Numbered from the stretch's first letter, positions 16,930-24,371 are shown. The stretch: 25,597 nucleotides of DNA from a virus (IMGVR_UViG_3300035208_001055:120494-146090), one strand, 5' to 3'. Notes: generated by a model from the letters alone, not told the origin. Program-made: numbers and translations.

Positions 16930-17255
16930 GGGTTACGGACATGATTCTATGCGTATTGTACTCTTGCGCCTCGCGGGTGCGTCACCTAACCCCAGTCAGC
17001 GAGCCAAGTTCCGTCAAAACACGTGTTCTTTCGTGTGTAACACTGGCACCCTTAACTCACGTGCCTGCTTAGTGTTACGGCCAACGGAAACTGTTTCTAT
17101 ACAAACCTGGCTTATTACCTATATTGTTTTTATTTAGCCCTATTTGATTTACTATAGGGGATAATCAGACTATGTATACAAACGCTCCCTGGGAGTCGTA
17201 AGTTCGTATGCAGTCACGTGTTAAGTGCTGCGTTTTACTCCCAGACATGACATGA

Positions 17256-18152
17256 CTAATTTACACGTCTTGACGCAACTCCTTGTGTCACAACGTCTTC
17301 AGTGGGATAAACTAGCCCCAACGCACTGAGTTTCCGATCATACAGCGCCCAGAACGCCGGGTCCCCTGTTGAGCGGTCATTTGGGTCGCGGATGGGGATG
17401 TCGTGTTCTTTCATCAACTTGCGGTCCTCGCGGGACCAGCGGAGGCGAAAGGCTTTTCGTGCGGGCGGGGCGTTTGGATAGCGGGTGCCGTTTAATAGAA
17501 CGCCCTCCCGCCCCGTGGCCCGTGTGAATTTCCCTGATTGTCCAAGTTGTGAGCGATACTCTTGGGCTTTTTTTCGGGCCTCTACCCGGTCGAAAATGTT
17601 GTCCTCTAAGATTTGCAGGATAGGTTCACGACCACTTTTGTAGATGTCGGTGAGCCATTGTTGGTATGGAGTAATTGGCTCTAGTTTCCCTTCGTGTTGT
17701 TTAATGCGGTTCCACTGTCGAAGGGCAGATCGCTTGTAGCCGTAGCCAATATAACCTATTGACTGTGTGTGGGTATCTGTTAGCTTAAAGACACATAGTG
17801 CCGGGTCATAGAGTGACCGCTTAGGAGGTTGCCTACGGGAGCTTGTGGGGCCTGTGCAGTCAATTCCAGTGGACTTTGTATCTCGGATCAACTCGTGGAC
17901 CTTCAACTTCGCCTCTTCCTCACTGAGATTCGTGTAGAGAACTTCGATGAAAGGTTCCATCTTCATTGAGATAAGAGCCTGTTGACAGACCTCTACTGGA
18001 TCGTTCCAGTCGGGTTTCTTTAGATGGAGTTTGCTGGCATTCCATCTGCGAGCATGTCGTCCCGAGAAGCAGTAGTCGATATAGTACGGGTCGTGGCTTC
18101 TACGCGGATCGAGATACCAGAACACGTCGTAGGTTTTTTGCTTTCGCGCCAT
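17256..18152 (-). CDS. Protein with two tandem, degenerate GIY-YIG-like domains
   Basis: Domain 1 YDVFWYLDPR..DPYYIDY...EVLYTNLSEEEAKLKVHELI; domain 2 CVFKLTD...IGYIGYG...QILEDNIFDRVEARKKAQEY. Confidence 0.65.
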   Translation of the reverse strand: MARKQKTYDVFWYLDPRRSHDPYYIDYCFSGRHARRWNASKLHLKKPDWNDPVEVCQQALISMKMEPFIEVLYTNLSEEEAKLKVHELIRDTKSTGIDCTGPTSSRRQPPKRSLYDPALCVFKLTDTHTQSIGYIGYGYKRSALRQWNRIKQHEGKLEPITPYQQWLTDIYKSGREPILQILEDNIFDRVEARKKAQEYRSQLGQSGKFTRATGREGVLLNGTRYPNAPPARKAFRLRWSREDRKLMKEHDIPIRDPNDRSTGDPAFWALYDRKLSALGLVYPTEDVVTQGVASRRVN

Positions 18153-18407
18153 CGGTTGGCCTCCTATCTTATCTAACGGCAGAACCGGGGGACATTTCCA
18201 CCTAAATCTTGAAAATTCTCTGGATTTCTCCGTGACGCGGCAGAGTCCCTGGATTCGGCCAGAAATCCGCGACCGGCTCCCGTGCGCCCTGTGTTACCGA
18301 TCAAAAACGTTTACACGCAATTGACCCCGCCGTCGAGTTGGAGATCAGCGTCAGGGGAGCACCCCCACTGACGGGGGAGGCGGGATACCGTCAAGCGGGG
18401 CACAATT

Positions 18408-18431
18408 GACCCTCCCCTCCCCCGGAGGGTC
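18408..18431. repeat. GC-rich inverted repeat at the compositional boundary
   Basis: GACCCTCC-8nt-GGAGGGTC; CAATTGACCC direct repeat at 18318 and 18403. Confidence 0.7.
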
Positions 18432-18641
18432 GGCCGGAGGGTTGCCACCCCCTTATAAGCCCATTTATTCGCTATAATCAGCACATTTTGCATTAGTTGC
18501 GCTTGCATTGTTGCCCAACAATGGGGCGCAACCCGCTAGGCGCGTGGATAGAGGGCGGGGCAGGGGGCAGCATAGGGGCTATGACGTAAGGTGTTATGGT
18601 TGTAGCAGTTACGACGACTGCCTACTTTATAGGCATTGTGC

Positions 18642-19197
18642 GACTGCCAAATTGGCAGTCTCAAGCGGCGACCGGAAAATCGTTAAAAATGGCGCAACCG
18701 CGCGCGTCGTTTCGGGTAGCCAGTAGAGGGGATTAGTCACTAATCTAGTGAACATTGCTTACGTCATACATTCGCTACATAAGTCATTACCCGCGAGGTA
18801 CTTAGAACTATAACCATTGCCATAACCATCATAGATTACAGCCCTATCATGCCATAGTTTAGTCATTTAGTAATCATTAGTTTTGCTTATGCTATCCCGA
18901 CACAAGATAAGGGACGATGATACACACGGACTATTCGTTACTGCCTACTTATTGAGCATGACCCTAAAGGTAGGGATAGGCAGCATAGACCTAACTACTA
19001 GCATAGTCAGTAGTTACGCTCTATTGCATACTGCCTACTTATTGAGCATATCCGTTAGCACTAGCAAGGGAGGGAGGGCGATAGTAGACTGCCATAATGG
19101 CAGTTAGAAACACCCCTCTATCTGTAGGGTAGACTGCCATAATGGCAGTCGATAAGCGTTAAACTGCCATTATGGCAGTCGTAACCTGATAGAGGGG
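18642..19197. repeat. Array of 19-bp palindromes GACTGCCA-N3-TGGCAGTC (4 copies) with nested inverted and direct repeats
   Basis: Copies at 18642-18660, 19087-19105, 19132-19150 and 19162-19180; CCCCTCTATC/GATAGAGGGG inverted repeat encloses copies 3-4; TACTGCCTACTTATTGAGCAT at 18939 and 19029. Confidence 0.9.
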
Positions 19198-19361
19198 CTT
19201 CTATTTTCGGTTCGCCTTGCGGGGCAAGTAGAGGGCAGGGTATTCTAGGCCGATTGCCACCTTAGAACGCAAGGGGCGCAAAGCTAGACCTATCGTGATT
19301 ATCGGGGTTGTAGCGATTAGGTAAGTTAGGCAAGATGCGCCTATTGATAGCCTACCATTTG

Positions 19362-19485
19362 CTTGCACAATACCATTTCGGGTGGTATCGTGCAAGAGCG
19401 GGGTGCATATCGGACCACGGGCAGGGCGCGCAATGGGAAGCGCAAAGGGAACCACCCGCTAGTGTGGATACACTAACGGGTGGTT
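19362..19485 (-). ncRNA. Candidate structured RNA segment: two long hairpins
   Basis: 14-bp stem (19362-19396) and 16-bp stem (19450-19485); each has one internal pair that is C-A on plus but G-U on minus. Confidence 0.4.
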
Positions 19486-19555
19486 AAGGGAGGGGCAATC
19501 CCTACTGAATGAATTGTGCTGATTGTAGCGATTGTGCCGATTAGTTAGGCTTGGA

Positions 19556-19753
19556 TTAGGCTTGCAATCCACGGGCCGTCATTTCCCCTAGAATCGCTAC
19601 AATCGTCGTGGCCATTGTGGGCCATACAAACCGCAATGTCCGCAAGTCTATCCCAAACGACATACCCCCATTTAAGCGCTCTTCCATGCGCTTCCAGACT
19701 TGTCGGTACAATCGGCATAACTGGCCATCCGTCAATCTTGACAGACTCGGCAT
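19556..19753 (-). CDS. Hypothetical protein (65 aa), lone leftward gene in the CAG-depleted region
   Basis: MPSLSRLTDGQLCRLYRQVW...; GGAGGT SD; own promoter upstream. Confidence 0.7.
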   Translation of the reverse strand: MPSLSRLTDGQLCRLYRQVWKRMEERLNGGMSFGIDLRTLRFVWPTMATTIVAILGEMTARGLQA

Positions 19754-19797
19754 AATCGTTACCTCCGTTGTTGTCGTTGCAATCGCATTGTTCGTCA

Positions 19798-19991
19798 CCA
19801 CCCCGCCCGTGGTCAATTCCGGGCGGGGTGGGCAGGGATGTACTATCCCCGTGGTATTCCAGAACATACCCACCTATCGGCCATTATCCGATGGCGTGTT
19901 TTCCATGCGCCTATTAGTGGATATGCCCGGTTTCCTCTTGACCCCTCTTGTATCGTTGCCCCGCCCCCTACTGACACAATAGGGGGCGGGG
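19798..19991. repeat. Two perfect 12-bp GC-rich inverted repeats in the leader of the leftward transcript
   Basis: CCACCCCGCCCG-10nt-CGGGCGGGGTGG (19798-19831); CCCCGCCCCCTA-9nt-TAGGGGGCGGGG (19959-19991). Confidence 0.85.
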
Positions 19992-20065
19992 GCTTTTCAC
20001 TAGGGCAGGGGTGCTACCTCTTCGCCAACTAGGCGGGGGTTGCCCTCTTCTGCCCGAACTATTCA

Positions 20066-20093
20066 AGCATACCACGGATTTGGGCGGGGTCAA
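20066..20093 (-). promoter_or_regulatory. sigma70-type promoter with extended -10
   Basis: TTGACC, 16-nt spacer, TGn-TATGCT. Confidence 0.6.
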
Positions 20094-20370
20094 GCAAAAT
20101 TCACGGCGCGCCGTCAGAAAGTAGAATCGGCGCGCCGGAATAATCGGAACTATGCACCACCCGCGAGGCGCAAATATACAATACACAAGAGGTTATGTCA
20201 TTTTATGGTGGAGGTTAGCGGCCGTTATCTTAGCTCTTGCTTAGGTAGGGTTGCGACGATTGTTCAAGATGCAACGATAATTAGTGTCACGCGGGTGGTT
20301 GCAGACGGAATATGCCGATTGTAGGGTTGTGGTAAACCACGCTATCCTAGAAAGATTTTGGGATTTCCAT

Positions 20371-20398
20371 TTGACAAGCTACGGGATAGAGCTAGATT
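20371..20398 (+). promoter_or_regulatory. sigma70-type early promoter PR1
   Basis: TTGACA-N16-TAGATT, followed by AAGTAGAAG and a strong SD. Confidence 0.7.
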
Positions 20399-20423
20399 TC
20401 AAGTAGAAGAGGAGGGGAGAACA

Positions 20424-20579
20424 ATGGAAGGGATGATAACCAAAAAAGACTTGTTTTTTCACCCGCTCTTGATTATCGGGCTTTTCGGGTTGCGGGTTTA
20501 CTTGCGGGGTTGTGCGGCCGGTTTGATCGGCCGGAAAACTACTTTCCTTGCAATCGCATTTGACACTAGGAGGGCTTGA
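20424..20579 (+). CDS. Small hydrophobic protein (51 aa)
   Basis: Start moved to MEGMIT (GAGGAGG SD, downstream of PR1). Confidence 0.65.
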   Translation: MEGMITKKDLFFHPLLIIGLFGLRVYLRGCAAGLIGRKTTFLAIAFDTRRA

Positions 20580-20581
20580 CA

Positions 20582-21116
20582 ATGGCGACGTTAGACATAC
20601 ACCCATTTGAGAAGCGCGGGCTAGGGGTTGCCCCCTTCCGGTTTGTTGGAATGTCCGAAAAAGTCTACTGCGCTTGTCCGGGCGCGCCAGAGCAACCGGG
20701 CGGGTGTTGCGATTTTTGCGGCAACGGGATTAGGTATTGCTTCCATATCCATAGCGCCGACGGGAAAGATTTTATTGTCGGTTGTGAATGCGTCAAGCGG
20801 ACGGATAAGGCTTGCCTAGTGAATGCTACGGAATTTGATAGGGCTGTTGCGGCACACAAGCGCAAACTAGCGGCCGACCGGCGCGCCGTTGTGGTTGCGC
20901 GTGAAGAGAAGAGAATCGGGGAAGCGCTTGCCCTCTATCCTACGGTTAGGGATGAAATGGCGAAACAGCCCCACCCCGCAAGCTAAACCGGGCGGATGGT
21001 TTGATGGTAAGACTCTTGCCGATTATGTCGATTGGATGATTGTACGGGCAGGGCATAGCGGCCGGTTGCAGATAGCCCGCAAAATCGAACAATTCACGGG
21101 GAAAAGGGAGGGCTAG
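20582..21116 (+). CDS. Cys-rich Zn-binding phage protein, split by a +1 frameshift near 20975
   Basis: HPFEKRGLGVAPFRF...GGCCDFCG...VGCEC...PHP ends at TAA 20986; +1 frame continues PQAKPGGWFDGKTLADYVDWM to TAG 21116 with no SD/start of its own. Confidence 0.65.
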
Positions 21117-21120
21117 AGCT

Positions 21121-21327
21121 ATGGCAAAGTTACCGCAATTCGAGATATGCGACCACCCCACAAGCGCGAACCATTGCCTAGTGAAAGCGCGCTATCGGGG
21201 GCGGGTGTATGCCATATCATGGGCTTTGCCGATTTCAAGCCCGGATATAGAAGAGGTCAAGCGGATTTGGTTGGAAGAGCGCGGGGCATTTCGCCCGTAT
21301 GATGAAAGTGGGGCGCGGTATCTGTAG
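21121..21327 (+). CDS. Hypothetical early protein
   Basis: AAGGGAGGG SD; 68 aa. Confidence 0.75.
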   Translation: MAKLPQFEICDHPTSANHCLVKARYRGRVYAISWALPISSPDIEEVKRIWLEERGAFRPYDESGARYL

Positions 21328-21375
21328 GGTATCTGTAGGGACCGACAAGGGGACCGACAAGGGAGGGCTAGGGCT

Positions 21376-21957
21376 ATGGCAACGGACACAACGAAAACGG
21401 CAGAAGGGGAAAGCATAGAGTGGGAGAATCGGACTACCTGCCCGGATTCTCTTCTAGTGCCGATATTCCGCCATTGTGCGGATTGTGTAGGGGTCGATTT
21501 GGCCCCTTGTGAAAGCTACCCCGATAGATTGCGGGTTAAGGTTACAAGGGGCAGGGCGCGCAATGGGCGCATATCGGGGCTTGCAAGCGCTTGGAGTAAC
21601 CACGGGCCATTTGAGTGTAAAGTGGTGTTGCCCCGCGCTTGCGGGTGGGATGTATTGGATTTGGTAAGGGAGTTTTGGCGGGTTGCAATCCACGAAATGG
21701 CCCATATTCTCGATTATCAGAATCGGGCGCGTGGTTACAAGGTAGACTTTAATAGCTACTCTAGCCCCTATTCCATGCGCAGAATCCGCCATGATGATAG
21801 ACCACAAGAGAAGCGCGCCGACGATACGGTCAAGCGCGTGGAAGCGCAGATAAGCGCGGGGGCTTTGCCCTCTTGTGAAAGCGCGCTAGTCGATTTGGCC
21901 GTTTGGCTAGAATCGGAAAAACTGGATCGACCGTTAAATCGCACAATCGTTGCCTAA
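21376..21957 (+). CDS. Zincin-like (HExxH) protein
   Basis: VAIHEMAHILDYQ...QEKRAD; AAGGGAGGG SD. Confidence 0.7.
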   Translation: MATDTTKTAEGESIEWENRTTCPDSLLVPIFRHCADCVGVDLAPCESYPDRLRVKVTRGRARNGRISGLASAWSNHGPFECKVVLPRACGWDVLDLVREFWRVAIHEMAHILDYQNRARGYKVDFNSYSSPYSMRRIRHDDRPQEKRADDTVKRVEAQISAGALPSCESALVDLAVWLESEKLDRPLNRTIVA

Positions 21958-21999
21958 CTATTCACAACCCCTTCTTCACTCACAATTAGGAATTTCAGA

Positions 22000-22260
22000 A
22001 TGATCGACACAATTGAAAGAATCGAGCAACCCGAAACGGTCGATATGACCGTTGCAAACAGCCTACCCAATGGTGCGCAGATACTCCGCCGACATAATGC
22101 GGGAATGGGGCGTTATGTCGTCCTATGCGTATGGCGTGGGGCGCAACCCTACGTTACATGGGCAACGGACAATCAGGGGCGCGCCTATTGGGGCCACTAC
22201 TTCACAAGGTTGGATTGTGCCGAAAATGACTATTGCAAGAGGGTAGAGCGGGGATTCTAG
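22000..22260 (+). CDS. Conserved small phage protein (YVTW...YWGHYF motif)
   Basis: Motif recalled from phage/MGE hypothetical proteins; AGGA SD. Confidence 0.7.
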   Translation: MIDTIERIEQPETVDMTVANSLPNGAQILRRHNAGMGRYVVLCVWRGAQPYVTWATDNQGRAYWGHYFTRLDCAENDYCKRVERGF

Positions 22261-22291
22261 GGAAAATCTTTCCATTTTGCTTGACAACAAT

Positions 22292-22319
22292 TTGACAATC
22301 GGCGGGGGCGAAGTAAGGT
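22292..22319 (+). promoter_or_regulatory. sigma70-type early promoter PR2
   Basis: TTGACA-N16-TAAGGT followed by AAGTAGAAG; second TTGACA at 22281. Confidence 0.7.
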
Positions 22320-22344
22320 TAAGTAGAAGGGAAGGGAAAACGCC

Positions 22345-22458
22345 ATGAAAACGAAAAAGCAAATTTTCCGAGTGAAAACCCCGCGCGGCCTAGTGCAAGT
22401 TACCGTAGCGCGGGACGTTTCGGGGGTTGTGGTCTATCGGCTATACCATCGGGTGTAG
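22345..22458 (+). CDS. Basic mini-protein (37 aa)
   Basis: Manual: MKTKKQIFRVKTPRGLVQVTVARDVSGVVVYRLYHRV; purine-rich SD directly after PR2. Confidence 0.6.
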   Translation: MKTKKQIFRVKTPRGLVQVTVARDVSGVVVYRLYHRV

Positions 22459-22511
22459 GCAACGGACCACGGACCACGGGCAGGGCAACCGAACAAAGGG
22501 AGGGCTATCAA

Positions 22512-22682
22512 ATGGCAATCCGACACAATGGCGCGCTAGTGGCGGAAAACGTCCGTCAATTCGACGTTATCCCCGCCATATTGGGCTTGCCACAATCGGG
22601 GCTTTTCCAAGTGGAAATCTTGCCCCTTGTGGTTGTGGCGACATACCGCAAGGAAAACGGGGAATTGACAAGGGAGGGCTAG
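22512..22682 (+). CDS. Mini-protein (56 aa)
   Basis: Manual: MAIRHNGALVAENVRQFDVIPAILGLPQSGLFQVEILPLVVVATYRKENGELTREG; AAGGGAGGG SD. Confidence 0.65.
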   Translation: MAIRHNGALVAENVRQFDVIPAILGLPQSGLFQVEILPLVVVATYRKENGELTREG

Positions 22683-22685
22683 GCT

Positions 22686-22976
22686 ATGGTAAATGCGAAA
22701 GTGGCCGTTATCGTGAAACTGCGCGGCCTTATCCACAATACGGAAACCTTGCTAGGGCAACCCCGTATATGGGCGCAATCGCCCCTTGCGTACAATGCGC
22801 GGCGTTTGCTGATTGCCCAATTGCACTATGGGGAACAAACCCTAGCTTGTGCGGAAGAGGGCGGGGATTATTCCGCCCTCTACAATGAGCTAGACATAAC
22901 GGTTAGGGCAGGGGTTGCGGCGTTAGGCATGTTGCGCGCCGCTTGGCCAGAAATCCAACATAGAGGGGGAGTGTAA
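22686..22976 (+). CDS. Hypothetical early protein
   Basis: AAGGGAGGG SD; TAATG coupling to the next gene. Confidence 0.7.
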   Translation: MVNAKVAVIVKLRGLIHNTETLLGQPRIWAQSPLAYNARRLLIAQLHYGEQTLACAEEGGDYSALYNELDITVRAGVAALGMLRAAWPEIQHRGGV

Positions 22977-23548
22977 TGGCAAGTGAAAACGAAAACCGGA
23001 TAACGGAAACCCTCACGGCCGACGGGTGGGGCTTGCATATCGTTTGCAAGGATAGCGGGGGCTATGATCGGCAAAGCAAATGGAAAGCTACCCTAACGCG
23101 CAACGGGGTAAGCTATGCCGTTACGTTTCGGCAAGGTAGCGGGTTGCGGGTTTGGAAAAAGGGGCCGTTAGGGTGCTATGCGCCAGTAGGCGCGGAGTAT
23201 TGGGCGCATTATCGGCAACCGGGGAAGCGCGTTAGCTCTTTTCTCCCCCGGTTGCGCGCCGCAAAGGATTGCGCTTGCCCCGATTCGCAACGGCGCATTA
23301 TCGACGCATTTGACGGGCTAACCACTCCCGAAACCCCTACCCTTGCCGATATTCTGTATTGTATCGTTTCTGACGTTTCATCCGTCCGTTACGGTCAAGA
23401 CTTTTCGGCATGGTGTAGCGAATTTGGCGAAAATGTCGATTCTCGCAAAGCCCATAGGGTTTACAAGGCTTGCGTGAAAGAGTGGCGGGGGCTTGTCCGA
23501 TTAGGGGCGGATTTCGACCGGCTGGAAGCGCTCTTCCAAGATTTCTAG
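22976..23548 (+). CDS. Hypothetical early protein
   Basis: 190-aa ORF; C-terminal LADILYCIVSD...FSAWCSEFG...DSRKA resembles recurrent phage hypotheticals. Confidence 0.75.
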   Translation: MASENENRITETLTADGWGLHIVCKDSGGYDRQSKWKATLTRNGVSYAVTFRQGSGLRVWKKGPLGCYAPVGAEYWAHYRQPGKRVSSFLPRLRAAKDCACPDSQRRIIDAFDGLTTPETPTLADILYCIVSDVSSVRYGQDFSAWCSEFGENVDSRKAHRVYKACVKEWRGLVRLGADFDRLEALFQDF

Positions 23549-23580
23549 GCAACGGACCACAAGGGACACAAGGGGCCACA

Positions 23581-23979
23581 ATGGCGACACAACAAACGAT
23601 AGGCGCGCTTGATAGTTTCACCCTAGCTTATCTGGAATGCGCCTTATGGGCGGAAGAGGATAGGCTAGAAACGGAATTAGGGATGGTTCCCCAAATATCG
23701 GACATTGCCCCGCATTGCCTAGCCGACATTGCGGAACAATGCCAGAATTTCCAATTCGATAACCGGGCGGATTTGGACGGGGCAAATTATCCCTTGCACC
23801 CGTCCTATGGCCCTACCGAAATGGCGGGGCATGATTTCTATCTAACGCGCAACCATCATGGGGCGGGTTATTGGGATAGGGGCTTAGGCGCAATCGGGGA
23901 CCGATTGACCGACAAGGCGCATGAGTGGGGCGAATCGTCCCCCTATGTCGGGGACGACAAGCGGATTTACTTTTCCTAA
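23581..23979 (+). CDS. Conserved phage protein (GHDF-LTRN-HG-G-WDR motif)
   Basis: AGHDFYLTRNHHGAGYWDRG...YVGDDKRIY; start moved to MATQQ. Confidence 0.8.
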   Translation: MATQQTIGALDSFTLAYLECALWAEEDRLETELGMVPQISDIAPHCLADIAEQCQNFQFDNRADLDGANYPLHPSYGPTEMAGHDFYLTRNHHGAGYWDRGLGAIGDRLTDKAHEWGESSPYVGDDKRIYFS

Positions 23980-24011
23980 CGACAATGCCAACAATGGCGG
24001 AGGTAACGACA

Positions 24012-24371
24012 ATGACGACGGCAACGAAAAAAGTGGTACTAGGGGATTTCACGGTCGAATACTTGGGTTGTGAATACCCCGACTATTTTCAAGGATACGG
24101 GGTAGCTTTTTCCCGTTACGACAATTGCGCCTATGGTATCGGTGACACCATAGCTGAGGCGCTTGACGATTGTATCGAAATGTTCGCGCAATCGTCTGAT
24201 ATTGATTGTACGGAAGAGGTGGAAGCAAGGATTCGCGCAGACTTTGGCGAATATGACGCCGATGCAACGGTTTCCGATGTACTCGGAATTGACGAAAATG
24301 AGGACAACGACGGTTGTGGGGAAAGCGCCTACTTCCATGTTGGTATCAAATGGAACGAAATCGCCGAATAG
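24012..24371 (+). CDS. Highly acidic small protein (DNA-mimic candidate)
   Basis: Start moved to MTTAT (GGAGGT SD); hand count 28 D/E vs 6 K/R in 119 aa. Confidence 0.7.
   Translation: MTTATKKVVLGDFTVEYLGCEYPDYFQGYGVAFSRYDNCAYGIGDTIAEALDDCIEMFAQSSDIDCTEEVEARIRADFGEYDADATVSDVLGIDENEDNDGCGESAYFHVGIKWNEIAE

Noticed and set aside
808-16944. Long plus-strand ORFs on the left arm (e.g. 1546-2025, 2921-3553, 8114-9019, 10059-10574, 16288-16944)
   Set aside because: They are antisense shadows of minus-strand genes with clear family motifs, and lack SDs and recognisable domains.
18442-18478. Plus-strand promoter around a perfect TATAAT at 18473
   Set aside because: No properly spaced -35 or TGn extension, and no convincing downstream gene.
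19087-19180. CRISPR array formed by the GACTGCCA palindromes
   Set aside because: Repeats are only 19 bp, spacers are irregular (26 and 11 nt), one copy is inverted, and there are no cas genes in the window.
19450-19485. Calling the long hairpins intrinsic terminators
   Set aside because: No convincing U-tract follows them on either strand.
23581-23979. Naming right-arm proteins as Ocr/ArdA/anti-CRISPR homologs
   Set aside because: No recognisable sequence similarity; only charge and context support a mimic hypothesis, and only for two other genes.
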